IMG/VR virus record: IMGVR_UViG_3300042923_000601
Location: 124,001-188,000 of that record
Length of the DNA: 64,000 bases
Strand: one strand, 5' to 3'
Under the pieces are notes generated by a model that was given only the letters and a program-made list of their open reading frames with translations, ran no database searches and was not told the origin of the DNA. Positions within the stretch are counted from its first letter, which is position 1. Each line of letters starts with the position of its first letter. Made by a program: the position numbers and the translations under genes. Shown piece after piece: positions 12,301 to 19,900 of this stretch.

Positions 12301-12330
12301 AGAATATCGTACACAATACAGGAGATGTAA
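370..12330 (+). CDS. Giant modular tail fibre / receptor-binding protein (~3990 aa)
   Basis: Likely start ATG 370 after GAAGGGGG (track start 319). Contains the fibre motifs DNPNVVTKAQVGLSNVDN and PTVPTAPDGTRNKQAASTEF, four ~730-aa cassettes each opening with NGRTLVNxLG and carrying carbohydrate-binding-like beta domains, and C-terminal knob-like repeats (DLNTVVTAGFY / DLNTLITTGYY). Confidence 0.85.
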   Translation: MSLPYVLSELGKLSNSLTNVIQQIETQLGNGTLTLDGLKSDIQAILNSAGQANGLAPLNGTATINKQYLPPIQELVKHGNEWHDKAYVTQTEIDTSVSAYAARRDNPNVVTKAQVGLSNVDNVKQEPYRNLGLNAKSATDLPNTYPVGISYMLADSTKGFPFTGVHNGVMTYNLSDGTTSTYQFAFNYENARVPRIRVRSATLGNTAWGDWAVMYTSAEPPTKADLGLGNVQNYPVATDAEAAAGVSNVTYMTPARTKTTVDAAVSSVSNTQVLGPGTNLVTAGKEGAELDLKVNGRTLVNILGTMGSGESVANWGISGTAPTISTTQKRSGTASFKFSTTDTSGVLVKDLAIPLDKSKYYMVTCWAYVESYTSGGATLNIREYNTSNVRYNVSVNTTKVGEWQQLLLKVPNNNTISTTEGFRIIAGVNTTGTMVVYYDELRLYEVSAAEYAAIGTTLATPEQIDAYFPYVDGKQHVQGVAITKQGKNLLLPLTQRGTNNGTVIDAYAFDHPALVAFGNGYMTYDVIPNTDYVFSAVPGATGQMGVYNDTATVALSDYANTPRAFNSGANTKVRIYFRNTVVGTVRFSDLQLEFGTVATPFAPAEPQTVVLPVTLGEVGGIKDSVSNAGTEWLYTERVRKNVVIDGSLTWAYNDSPGTGLRVVKTAMAGGSSAMPVRTVLYDGRVGGSHLPAGTNNRASATTDTFYIMVSNAEAGWTDTLTPSANAIKALMNGWEAVANNGTTYTSWTSILDGSVAPTNTEAWVAANKAPSWSAWCSLDYALGTAAIPVTISSAEGAISLHPGGNQVTVETGIIQREKIAPQLSTTYGRYYINEVGATVSAVDSPLKYKTNRILDVYAGGTKAKWISETNASNQNGTAIASILTADYDASKTYYATYIALDKYLMTPSVAEVNASWKSGLNGVVPELAQSVADLKSAMDYPVLYSPEMLGEPTVPTAPDGTRNKQAASTEFAAKVAESYANAKFIKEDHTQAISQGLSIINGGETGADVDFSINGRTLVNLLGNYGNFEVDSNNDGLGDGWIRQGGTLTLSTTGVAYGTKSQRITSTSSDTSITDRGMYRYVWLEASKYYVAIAHLTTDGTTIGMIRMEEGASGTNIDTSSSVNQTLFIKFSPVATKNFVFRVFNRAPVGSVGWIEIDGISIYEVDAATYARIGVDITASNIRTYLPYVDGKQHLQNIVISKQGLNLMPNAPESVSTVAKLDGPYAMTLVATAAGQSSFWDIPVKPGVTYTIRAELTGTVGIIARTLFKEDLSTNAAYATALTSTGTYTFTAFEGSAFVRVYFNSTAAGTSTLKNWMMVVGDATALPTTFVPSDIPQTVILPVTLGETSGVTDTVYNSGSEWLYVERIKKNVPLVGGLAWAFNTTFTGVKRLSLALSPAALSGFSSARVVRYDGLQFKNNETTASGNPNVSQISNNQLLLNLATADTGWVDALTPNTNAIKAFFNGWKATANNGTAYTTWASSIDGSAPATNTEAWVAENKAPGMTTWGTVDYVLASAEVPTAVSAAEGSITLHPGNNQISVNTGVIVREKVNPVFYVSGNYYVINNIATTQNLYLSMLKYRMADVVTLYEESTVFNRYIKRAHGNAYGTYQMEISPSNFDTTKDYYLTYIARDKPAFSGFVTDMTANWKTGITGTVTELVQAVAELRNGDDTKMYHNPHFTGEPTVPTAADGTRTKQAASTEFTGRAIDNFSASKLQRADNVQVLSQGTNIIDGGDTGGDLDLTVNGRTLVNLLGNYGSGESLSGWSLAGTTVPTISTTQKRSGTSSFKMATGATGGSYLFRDFNTSLQSTKQYVVAGWAFVESWSSVAAGPSITLYDVGTNTQKYQVLGDKAIIGSWQPLVLKVPTSNTLVGTGFRILIGHGSAGASVSYYSDIRLYEVTAAEYAAIGTTITGDAFDTAFPYVNGRQHVQGVAITKQGQNLLASKPPVLNARARMNGPYDMVLDATGGNDSSYFLIDVPANTTITLSLAHNGRVAIANAAGTVNLVGYSSSQLLTVNTGSNTTIGVHFSNYSAGTGTFTFKNWMLVIGDATALPSTFTPAEPQTAILPVTLSQIGDARDTVYKEGSDWMYNERIKKGVTLTGALPWTLGTSYTGYKYVTVQSSNFPGMYMDKTAANISTAPPLRVTKYNGEPVTHAVSFSSEGSDRFNYGTDVSKVDITVSSGDSGWGDSYSPSAAEIAAYFYGYRMNNGTFGTAYNGTGTKTWAVIGATNNTGAVTVVPTSQAPITALWSPYILDYTLSSAAAPSFIPNAEGDITLHPGKNQIAVETGIIQREKVTPSPYLTNYYINALSGDKLSLRPSRILQVYKGNNADSKWIQITRSTSEEPSYSVYGPAYAIIKSGDFDPTATYYVTYVVAQKHTRSANLSDVTTSWKSGINGVVAELTQAVADLRESIDYPVLYSPEILGEPTVPTAPDGTRNKQAASTEFAARVAENYTAATLDGVTNVQTLASGVSLITADKVGSDLDLIINGRTLVNILGTVGGGESLTGTIPAGVAPVISTTQKRSGLSSYKYVPTASSPSYFYKDYTVSLDKSKYYVLGAWFYTESTANTGMTEVSLRDAGSFTARYSIYGAQSVTGSWQWRFAKIPANNTLVGNGFRLLVGMGGGYAGVFYIDDIRLYEITAAEYNAIGTTIDGDAVDQYYPYVDGKKHTQGLAITKFGRNLLDGIPITLHANAKMNGLYDLTLTATATWSHSWLPTIPVVGGRKMTFSIDPLTVNGAYVYVFEYDSNGTQLSSVGAVANINFSSLTFTTNTQTVTIRVQLTNAIASGTFTFKNWKLEYGDKTPFEPAAPQNVIIPVTLGQIGDVTDTVYNAGSDWMYAERIKKDVVLDGSLTWGVYSTVTGFKNVQAAIPSLSGTGGADDAALAVRYDGIPLKNVDEAVASWTQPDYFRLYNGSVYMSIRSTDSGWTDALNPNVNAVKAFMNGWKAVGSNGTVYTSWVSILDASVPTTNTEAWVAANKAPGWTGWATLDYVMTSAPAPVPIRLSEGSISLHGGVNQIMVETGVIQREKAKPIYDNGFWNINAQVGSNNDSKLAYRTKRTLAIYKDANIDPSWIVGTRPSTSTLIPLFGNDGVQAPTAMYDPTATYYVTYLVLDQYAVTPSLTNISASWKTGLNGVVTSLAHDVAMLQADNDRQDFADKYLNDKVAVLQNLYPTTLTGDFAINANGKDLLQMVVAAGNGFKTLCANSTSTNIPSGVTFRGHSFGSVGSDGEWTGFVQLYSQLNTNFSNFRYGASGWGGWQKNINENMASGETRVNAISLGGYNVEKTKSYAIPNTLTNAKMDITWEPVLSSGTVEITVTCGFNTVNANGVIRKVISYGSNASGGINPYNSYYKEVLGPIKNYLGVSELVYDSTTANLKITVETLANGYVFGGTVTVKFLSSMGRAVPNITIGDPYSGASLGSVVPVQVIPDDTVTTSGYQIQKHPLTNNIGQNILLTANTDLNTVVTAGFYSGNGLTNAPTNEVTWWYVQVYVHSGSVGYVLQRAYHLSATGTPTEYIRRRVNNTWTTWVYVPNSSMLNVANGILQLDSSGLAPLAQLPAIQKWLLTSNTGSGKDGVATYDLNTLITTGYYSINTNSTNMPISGSSTMLLVMYFGSTYYQQEATVYATGPVVRKFVRETRNSGTTWTAWAEIETTAKKDVANGYAGLNASGVLLPSVMPATVTKRVNLYGQLQITSYRRSVVALCEVTNTEPGATSYTNGVLTFKRVNGLAGQTTIMVSAEKRWSSTAMNISVLKMGLTGAAIRPCTFTYNGVKYGGLEIYIEAAESQLVEFNGAGNFTPFGVDYYTVNTSTVVNAEINNSLGLVEGTDFYYINGIFMNDVSISPTTDSIANRPVLRDSNKKIAEVASTRSNGVNIALTATNTLTTAVSYTTSGVVANYVVYVTIWPSVATTLTIQLTYTSPMGGSQTTVILNAKQLAAGAESSLIPLYVTANAFSTMNLQYLSTTTNSTNPLRISYTIQEM

Positions 12331-12342
12331 AACAATATGGTG
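12331..12342 (+). promoter_or_regulatory. Late-type promoter AACA-N6-TG
   Basis: AACA ATATGG TG between the fibre stop codon and the next RBS. Confidence 0.5.
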
Positions 12343-12390
12343 GGGACCTTGTGTCCCCACTCTATTTATATCAAATAGGAGGCGAATACA

Positions 12391-13845
12391 ATGGGTCAAC
12401 TAATCGTGTCAGGCGACGCAACCGCAGCTGACGTCCTTATAGGGCATACTTTTAGTGCTGGGCCGTTAAACGGTGTAGCCGGTACAATGCCTGATAACGG
12501 AGCCGGAGGAACGGTAACTCCTTCTGCATCCACACAAACAAAGGCCGCAGGATATTATTCAAGCGCTATTACAATATCGGCTGTAACGTTCACCGCAGCA
12601 AATGTATTAACAGGAACAACAATCGCGGGTACGGCAGGTACGATGCCAAACCGTGGAGCAGTAACAATCACCCCGTCTTCCGCTGCTCAAACTATCGCCG
12701 CCGGATACCATAATGGGTCAGGTACAGTTGCCGCAGTTACCGTGCCTGCCGCTAACGTATTGACAGGAACAACAATTGCAGGTGTGGCAGGGACCATGGT
12801 GAATAATGGTGCAGGTGGAACCGTAACTCCTTCTGCATCTACACAAACCAAACCAGCCGGATATTATTCAAGTGCTATTACAATTTCGGCAGTATCGGTT
12901 CCTGCAGCCAACGTTTTAACAGGTACTACAATTGCAGGAACCGCAGGTACGATGCCTAACCGTGGAGCAGTAACAATCACCCCGTCTGCCTCCGCTCAAA
13001 CCATTGCTGCTGGGTACCATAATGGCTCAGGTAGTGTTGCTGCTGTAACATTTCCGACAGAGTATGTTCTAAATGGTGTTGTTATTGCAGGCACTGAAGG
13101 AACGATGGCGAGTTATGGTGACCAAGAGATGATAACCGCTGGTGGGACAATGGGCGAAGGTTATGTCACGCTATCCAGTTACGCAGAGGGGTATGTTAAT
13201 AGTGGAACCACATACTCTTTGCAGTCGGGCGTTATTTCAGCCTCTAAGATTCTAGCCGGGCAGAATATTCTCGGTTTAGGGGGAACTGCGACATCTGATG
13301 CGACTGCTGTGGCCGCTGACGTCTTATCTGGTAAGACAGTATATATTAACGGGGCAAAAATTATTGGGACGATGCCTAACATTACGTCTGGATCAGACCC
13401 AGCACAAGGCGTTGGTCTATGGGGGGATGGCGGCTTAGCAGTGTATCCATCACCAGGATATCGTAAGGGTGGTGCGGGTGCTGGTGAAATTAAAGTATCT
13501 GTGGCTCAGCTCCAAACAGTCGCAAGTATACAGCCGGGGAACATCCGTAGTGGGGTTACTTTATTTGGAGTGGTGGGTAATGTGGTACCACGCGTGTATT
13601 CATACTATTCCTTCAGTATGGACGCGGGCTCTAACGTAGTCGGATATAACGCGGGGTTTACACCAAGGGCGATTGCAGTTAGAGGTACAGTTGGACAAAC
13701 TGTAGTTGCCGCATCCTGGTTTTCGGACGGCAATGTGTATGGGTCATTTGCCCAATACATTGCCATTTCCACAGCTGGAAATAACATCACTTTTACTAGA
13801 CAAACCTCCGGGACTATCAATTTTGATGTATCGATATTTGGCTAA
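12391..13845 (+). CDS. Tail fibre / fibre-associated protein with A/G/T-rich repeats
   Basis: RBS AGGAGG; repeats AANVLTGTTIAGxAGTM and ATAxAADVLxGxT typical of Firmicute phage fibres; ~102-aa tandem duplication. Confidence 0.7.
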   Translation: MGQLIVSGDATAADVLIGHTFSAGPLNGVAGTMPDNGAGGTVTPSASTQTKAAGYYSSAITISAVTFTAANVLTGTTIAGTAGTMPNRGAVTITPSSAAQTIAAGYHNGSGTVAAVTVPAANVLTGTTIAGVAGTMVNNGAGGTVTPSASTQTKPAGYYSSAITISAVSVPAANVLTGTTIAGTAGTMPNRGAVTITPSASAQTIAAGYHNGSGSVAAVTFPTEYVLNGVVIAGTEGTMASYGDQEMITAGGTMGEGYVTLSSYAEGYVNSGTTYSLQSGVISASKILAGQNILGLGGTATSDATAVAADVLSGKTVYINGAKIIGTMPNITSGSDPAQGVGLWGDGGLAVYPSPGYRKGGAGAGEIKVSVAQLQTVASIQPGNIRSGVTLFGVVGNVVPRVYSYYSFSMDAGSNVVGYNAGFTPRAIAVRGTVGQTVVAASWFSDGNVYGSFAQYIAISTAGNNITFTRQTSGTINFDVSIFG

Positions 13846-13873
13846 AAACGCAACACTAGACCTGGTATTATCA

Positions 13874-13885
13874 AACAATCTAATA
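13874..13885 (+). promoter_or_regulatory. Late promoter AACA-N6-TA
   Basis: AACA ATCTAA TA upstream of the endolysin RBS. Confidence 0.65.
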
Positions 13886-13915
13886 ACCCAAGTAAAAAAG
13901 GAGTGGATAAATCAT

Positions 13916-14860
13916 ATGCAAACCAAAGGCAATTTCCTGCTGATGGAACTGTCTGAGTTTCAGGCGTGGTTGGAGAAGCAAGTAATCACCCGTGCTGTTT
14001 CTAAAGTTCAGTTCCATCACACCGCAAGTCCTAACTACACAACACGTAAGATGGTTAATGGTGTAGCGACCCAGGATCACTTTAAGTGTCTGGAAGGCAT
14101 GCGCGACTACCATATCATCACCAACGGATGGTCTGCAACCGGTCAAAACATCACCATCTTCGAAGACGGTAAAGTGGCAATCAGTCTTGACCGCGATTTG
14201 AACAAAACTCCTGCTGGTATCACTGGCCAGAACACCGGTCAAATCTGTATCGAAAACATCGGTAACTTCGACAAGGGTGGCGACACGATGACAGCTAAGC
14301 AACGCGAAGCTATCATCCATGTGTATGCTTGCTTGGCTAAGAAGTTTAACCTGCCGATCGATACTGACCATTTTGTATACCATGCATGGTTTACAGCTAG
14401 TGGCACAAGACTCGCTGACTATACCCCTGGTAAGTCCTCGAAGTCCTGCCCGGGCACCAACTTCTTCGGCGCAGGAAACACGGTTGCATCTGCTAAAACG
14501 GTCGTGTTCCCGCTGATTCAAGCTGAACTCAACAGATTGAACGCGCCTGTTACTCCGCCGCAGCCGGTTCCATCAACAGATATCCCGCAGGAAATCACAG
14601 TGTATTACAACACCGTGAAGGATACCGGGGTACTGTACAATAACAAAACGTATGTCAAGCTTACCAAGCTGGCTGAAGTACTTGGATTTGAAGCCGGTTA
14701 TGATAACGCCACGAAGAAAGCAACAATCAACGGTAAGGAACTGCAAGATACCCTTGTAGTTGACGGTCGTGCATTTATTCAGGCACGTCCAATCGTTGAT
14801 GCCTTCGGCGGTGAACTGAGCTGGAATAATGATACCAAGGTGCTCAAGGTCACTAAGTAA
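13916..14860 (+). CDS. Endolysin: N-acetylmuramoyl-L-alanine amidase (Amidase_2-like) with a C-terminal copper-amine-oxidase-N-like wall-binding domain
   Basis: Start ATG 13916 after AAGGAG (track start 13706 overlaps the upstream gene). Zn-ligand motifs FHHTA, YHAWF and KSCPG; Pro-rich linker; C-terminal TYVKLTKLAEVLGFEAGYDNATK...LSWNNDTKVLKV. Confidence 0.85.
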   Translation: MQTKGNFLLMELSEFQAWLEKQVITRAVSKVQFHHTASPNYTTRKMVNGVATQDHFKCLEGMRDYHIITNGWSATGQNITIFEDGKVAISLDRDLNKTPAGITGQNTGQICIENIGNFDKGGDTMTAKQREAIIHVYACLAKKFNLPIDTDHFVYHAWFTASGTRLADYTPGKSSKSCPGTNFFGAGNTVASAKTVVFPLIQAELNRLNAPVTPPQPVPSTDIPQEITVYYNTVKDTGVLYNNKTYVKLTKLAEVLGFEAGYDNATKKATINGKELQDTLVVDGRAFIQARPIVDAFGGELSWNNDTKVLKVTK

Positions 14861-14883
14861 TCGGCCACTCTGGTAACATGCAC

Positions 14884-14913
14884 AAAAGCATGAGGTTAAT
14901 CCCTCATGCTTTT
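14884..14913. terminator. Intrinsic terminator hairpin
   Basis: AAAAGCATGAGG / CCTCATGCTTTT inverted repeat. Confidence 0.8.
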
Positions 14914-14963
14914 CTATCTTAAACAAATGATAAATCATGTAACGGAGTTGAGGAGGGTTTACA

Positions 14964-15998
14964 ATGAAATTTCTTGGGAAAAAAGTGAAACGCCGTATTT
15001 ATGTATTTATATCTTCGGCTGTTATCGCCATTACACTGCTGGTGACTTATCAGTCGATTGTATATGCTGCTAAACTGGATGCTGATGATAGGCAATCAGA
15101 TAAAATAACAGCTATTCGCTCTGCTGAATGGAATGCTGTAAATGTTATTATTAAGGACACGATTGAGCAGGCAGGGCAGAAGCTCGATCAAGAGATAATT
15201 CCTGCTCTCTTAGATGATATCAACTCCTATTATGGAGATGATACCGAAAAGCTTAGTCATGATTTGGAAAATTTAGCCAACCCTGACTATGATAATCCGT
15301 TGACTCACACTATTGCTAAACATATTAGAGGGAAGTACCTATTTGGTGTCACATCAGACGCCAATGACATCTTCGCCCTCACAAAAAAAGACGGCGTTAT
15401 TGCCGATTTGTCTGTTAGTACAAGCTCTCCTGAGCGACCTCGGAGTTTATCAGCCGAGGCGAATGCACACTACAACGTAACGTTAGCAAACTCTGCGTTC
15501 AGTGCGATTGTAAATCAAGCTCGTTCGGTGAACCAGCCGGTGATCTTCTGGCAATTTAATCAACCAGATGACACATACGCAGGGTCAATAACCGGTATGA
15601 AGCTAAGTGAAATGCGAAAATACTTTGAAGAGAATAACGGGAGTTTGGACTCCCTACGTTCGTTTGAATTTTTGGTGCCCAGATATATCTTCTTTGACCA
15701 TGACCTTTTAGGTAATGAGCTTGTAGATGATAGGGGTGTCCAGCATTCTATTTATCAAATTGTGTTAGTTCAAGGATTTAGCATTACCGAGATTATTGAA
15801 AATACGGATATGCTAGATTCTATTTATAACGGTATTAACGTTAACGATATCGCTAATGTAAGTGGGTATTTATCTCTCAGCCGAATGCAGCAGATTCTCA
15901 TTTTTGGGGGACTGTTTGTGATTACGTGTTGGGTGCAGTTTTCAGTACAAACTAAAAGGAAATACGTGGATCAGCATGAATCAACTATAAATATATAG
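14964..15998 (+). CDS. Membrane protein with N- and C-terminal TM segments and a large extracytoplasmic domain; possibly a lysis regulator
   Basis: RBS GAGGAGGG; hydrophobic IYVFISSAVIAITLLV and QILIFGGLFVITCWV; located next to the endolysin. Confidence 0.6.
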   Translation: MKFLGKKVKRRIYVFISSAVIAITLLVTYQSIVYAAKLDADDRQSDKITAIRSAEWNAVNVIIKDTIEQAGQKLDQEIIPALLDDINSYYGDDTEKLSHDLENLANPDYDNPLTHTIAKHIRGKYLFGVTSDANDIFALTKKDGVIADLSVSTSSPERPRSLSAEANAHYNVTLANSAFSAIVNQARSVNQPVIFWQFNQPDDTYAGSITGMKLSEMRKYFEENNGSLDSLRSFEFLVPRYIFFDHDLLGNELVDDRGVQHSIYQIVLVQGFSITEIIENTDMLDSIYNGINVNDIANVSGYLSLSRMQQILIFGGLFVITCWVQFSVQTKRKYVDQHESTINI

Positions 15999-16104
15999 AT
16001 AATTAACCCCGCGTGGTTTCCGTGCATCCACCAAACCCTGATTTCGATTATCCATTACACCGATGCATATCACAAAACGGGCCGTGGAGGTGAGGGGGAG
16101 TTTT

Positions 16105-16452
16105 ATGAGCCAGCCATTCCAGATCGAGCCATTTTTACAAGATGATATCACATTGTTTCTCGTTGTACTCTCGCTTACCATCCTCGGGTCGTACGTGAAA
16201 GATGTGTTCTCCAGGAAGCAATCGAGGCGGAAAACGACCTTACCAATGATATACTCATCTGCAGTAATCATGACCATCTTAATTTTTGCTACGTCGGATA
16301 TTATCATGAAGTACTTTCCGGGTCGGAACTTCCTTGCTGTCTGTGTTGTCGGGGGATTGGTTTCTGTTGAAGTTGTCCAGAGACTGACGACGCTTGGTGG
16401 TATAAAGAAGTTTATCGACGAGTTCATTGAGTTTTACAAGAAGAAAAAATAA
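16105..16452 (+). CDS. Small multi-TM membrane protein, holin-like
   Basis: Likely start ATG 16105 after GAGGGGGAG; three hydrophobic segments and a basic C-terminus (YKKKK). Confidence 0.55.
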   Translation: MSQPFQIEPFLQDDITLFLVVLSLTILGSYVKDVFSRKQSRRKTTLPMIYSSAVIMTILIFATSDIIMKYFPGRNFLAVCVVGGLVSVEVVQRLTTLGGIKKFIDEFIEFYKKKK

Positions 16453-16466
16453 ATTGTAAAGAAGAG

Positions 16467-16493
16467 GGAGAGACAGCTAAATGCTGTCTCTCC
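16467..16493. terminator. Bidirectional terminator
   Basis: GGAGAGACAGC / GCTGTCTCTCC between convergent genes. Confidence 0.8.
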
Positions 16494-16515
16494 TTTCTTA
16501 AGTTTGGAAGAAGAA

Positions 16516-16605
16516 TTACTTCTTCTTACCGTCGCCAGTGGTACCTACCGGAATACCAATAGTAGTGTGGTCGATATCACCGCGTTTTTGTCTGAGGTTG
16601 ATCAA
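16516..16605 (-). CDS. Small 29-aa peptide MINLRQKRGDIDHTTIGIPVGTTGDGKKK (not in the ORF track)
   Basis: TTG start preceded by a strong GAGGAGGTG RBS; TAA at 16516-16518; followed by the terminator. Confidence 0.6.
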   Translation of the reverse strand: MINLRQKRGDIDHTTIGIPVGTTGDGKKK

Positions 16606-16628
16606 TGTTGTCACCTCCTCCAATATAA

Positions 16629-16658
16629 AGTGAACCTAGATTTGTTGCTAGGTTCACT
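16629..16658 (-). terminator. Hairpin/terminator after the ppk operon
   Basis: AGTGAACCTAG / CTAGGTTCACT perfect 11-bp stem. Confidence 0.7.
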
Positions 16659-16688
16659 AATATGATATATACTTGGAACCCTATAAAA

Positions 16689-16910
16689 TTACGGCTTGAA
16701 CGGCGGTGTGATTTGAACACCAAGATCATGCGCCATCGTAAAAAGTTGGCGTGTTTCTGCCGTAAGATGCATCATTGCAATGGCAGCAAGCGAGACCTCG
16801 ATCTCATCCATTGACTGCACAATGATATCAGAATGGTGTTCGATCTGCTGGCTCAGATTGTTGACACGAGCCTGAATGTGCATTCGAGTTAGCTCTAATG
16901 CTTTATCCAT
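16689..16910 (-). CDS. Hypothetical protein (73 aa)
   Basis: GGGAG RBS; directly downstream of ppk. Confidence 0.6.
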   Translation of the reverse strand: MDKALELTRMHIQARVNNLSQQIEHHSDIIVQSMDEIEVSLAAIAMMHLTAETRQLFTMAHDLGVQITPPFKP

Positions 16911-16928
16911 CCGGTTTCTCCCCTTGTG

Positions 16929-19900
16929 TTATCTAATGAAATACTTGTGAGCATCCAGGGATGACGGTGCATCAGGTGCCGCACCATCTTCACCCCGAAC
17001 AAGGTTTAATTCACGGTAAGGAACATACCCTACAGCATAACTGATGAAACTATTCTCCGTATCATCCAGCAATACCTGAAGGTTTCCTTGTACCCGCAGT
17101 TTAAGGTTTGGATCAGATACCATGAACATCAACTCCAACCGGCGATCCAGATTACGGGTCATCAGGTCGGAAGAACTGAGGAATACATCATCCCCGAATT
17201 GGAATACCCGGCTGTGCTCAAGGAACCGGCCAACAATCGATTTTACTTTGATATTTTCGCTGTACCCTGGAATACCTGCAATCAGAGAGCAAGCTGACCG
17301 GCAAATGATATCGATATTAACACCGGCATTAGATGCTTGATACAGTTTTTCCGCCATACCAGGGTCAGACAGATTGTTCACCTTAATGATAATTCGGCCA
17401 TCAGACCCAAGCGCGATCTGCTGGTCAATCAAGGTGTATAAGGTTGACCGGATTGCAATTGGTGCAATCTTGATATTGTTAAGCTGACTATCTTCGGAGA
17501 TGAATCCGCCAGTCAGCATGTTAAAGATACTATTGATATCCGAGCAGACTTTCTTATCCGAAGTGAAGTAGCTGTAATCGGTATACACCTTGGAGTTCTT
17601 TTCACTGTAGTTACCAGTGCCGATATGACAGAACTGTTCACCTGTCTTTCCTTTGAGGCGGAATACATGAGTCATCTTGGCATGAGTCTTAATATGCTCA
17701 TAACCATAGACAACGGTTGCACCTGCCCGCTGGAGTTTATCTGCCCATTCAATATTGGTTCCTTCATCATACCGAGCTTTAAGTTCCATTACCACGGTCA
17801 CGTTCTTTCCAGCCTCAGCCGCTTTGATCAGGTGACGGATGATCTTAGAATCATTACCCGACCGGTACAGCGTCTGTTTGATGGAAATGACATGAGGGTC
17901 TTCGCATGCATCGCGGATGAATCGTACGACGCTATCAGTGAAGCTTTCATACGGATGATGTACCAGCACATCCCGTTTCGCAATCCGAGCCAGCATCGTT
18001 TTCTTATTATGCTCTTCATACAGTGGACGCGGCTTGAAGTGAGGGTACTTAAGTGCAGGGTCATCAGATGCTTTATACAGCTGAATGACATCCGACATTT
18101 TGATCCGTTCTTGAACGTGGAATACATACCGGCTTGGGATATCCAAGGACGACTGAAGTGCTGATTTGATTTTCTTATTCGCACCAGCCAAGATATCCAG
18201 TCGAACCGGATCGTTGTACAGCATACGGCTTTGGACATTCATAACCATTGTTTCCACATAACCTTTATCCTCATCCACAACCACAGTGTCACCATCGCGG
18301 ATCACACGGAAAATCGTGATATCAGAGCAGGTTGAACCCGGATAGAGATCAGTGATGTTAGCAAGGATGATGTCTTCGATGAAGTACCAACCGTGTTTAC
18401 CGATCTTAACAATCCGATCCAAGTGGGTTGGGATTTCGATCAGCCCCATACGTTCAGTACCGTCTGCTGTCTCTACAAAGAGTGCAATGTAGATAGAGAG
18501 TGGTTTAAGGTGCGGGATTGGACGAGTCACATCCAGAGCCAGTGGTGCAAGTGCAGGCTTGATAGTGTAATTGAAGTACTTCTTGACCTTGTTACGTTCA
18601 AAATCGGTCAGGATGTGAATGTCAGACTCAGCCAGCTTGTCAATTAAATGCCGATATGTGGAATCCATTCGTTCCACCATGGACTTGCATTCGCTGATAA
18701 TGTTATTAACGACCTGACGGTCTTCGACTTCATCTTCTTCCTCATCATCCAGTTCTTCATCGTCTTTGAGTCTGGATGCTACACGAACAGCGAAGAATTC
18801 ATCCAGATTAGAGTTCGCGATAGATAAGAACTTCACTCGTTCCAGGAGAGGTGTAGTGTCCTTATCTGCAAGGGACAATACCCGATTGTTGAAGCTTATC
18901 CAGGAAAGCTCCCGGTCAATGTAGGGCATTTCAGCCGTATTAATTCCAGTTGTCATTGTAGTACCTCCGTTTACTTTGTTGATTATATCATCAGTGTTAG
19001 CCATTAAATCAGGATGCTGGAAATCAAGGATCATGGCTTCAATATCAGCCAAACTTCTTTCTATACCATGCACATTCTTCAGTTTCTTCTGTATCTTTTC
19101 AGCAACCGTTGGTGTAGATTCTAACTTAAATCGGCCGAAGTGTGCAGGTGGCGTAGGATCAAGAATTTGAGTCATCCGTAGAATGATCTCCTTAATGTCA
19201 TGTAACTCCATTGATATATTACATATCGATTTCAGATCACGCTGAATCTCAACTGGTGTCTTGTATATGGGCCCAGCCTCATACTCTGCCTGAGACCGAA
19301 AAGTGTGCTCTTCGTTATCTTGCAGTATTGTTATGATCGCATCAAACTGCTGGGGTATACCTATTGGCAGGGTTTGTGCCGTTCTTAGAACAGACATCGC
19401 ATGCTTTACCGGTATATTAGGTTTGTTGAATAACATAGGCGCAATTCGAATATCTTCTTTATTGACAATAATTCTGTCATTAATCTTCGCACCTAGCTTA
19501 TCTTTGTCGAAGTTCAACCTTACAGGTTCGGCGTTAATCGTCTTAACTAGCCGGTCGTATTGCTGGATAGTGGATGTGATCAGTTTAATACCCACGTCCA
19601 CACCATAATCAGACTTCAGTATGCCATCAATCTCGTCTGGCGTCAGGTGCACAGCATCTTCTCCACGCTCAGCCCATTGTATATAAGCCTGAGAATTTTG
19701 AAGTAATGCTATGATAGCCTTGAATATTTTTGAAATACTGAGTGATGACCACGGTATCGAGGTCAACGTATGCCTAGCTTCATCCGCCGTCAGCTGATTA
19801 TCAAAGAAGGCAGGTGCAATTCTAATGCCTTCGTCATCAATAATGATTCTTTTAAAGCGAACCTTCGGCGCATCCGCGCTATGGCTTCCGCCACGTCCAG

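Noticed and set aside
9850-13845. Diversity-generating retroelement acting on fibre C-termini
   Set aside because: No reverse transcriptase and no template/variable repeat pair differing at adenines in this window.
14560-14860. Copper amine oxidase enzyme
   Set aside because: Only the small N-terminal-like accessory domain is present, acting as the endolysin wall-binding module.
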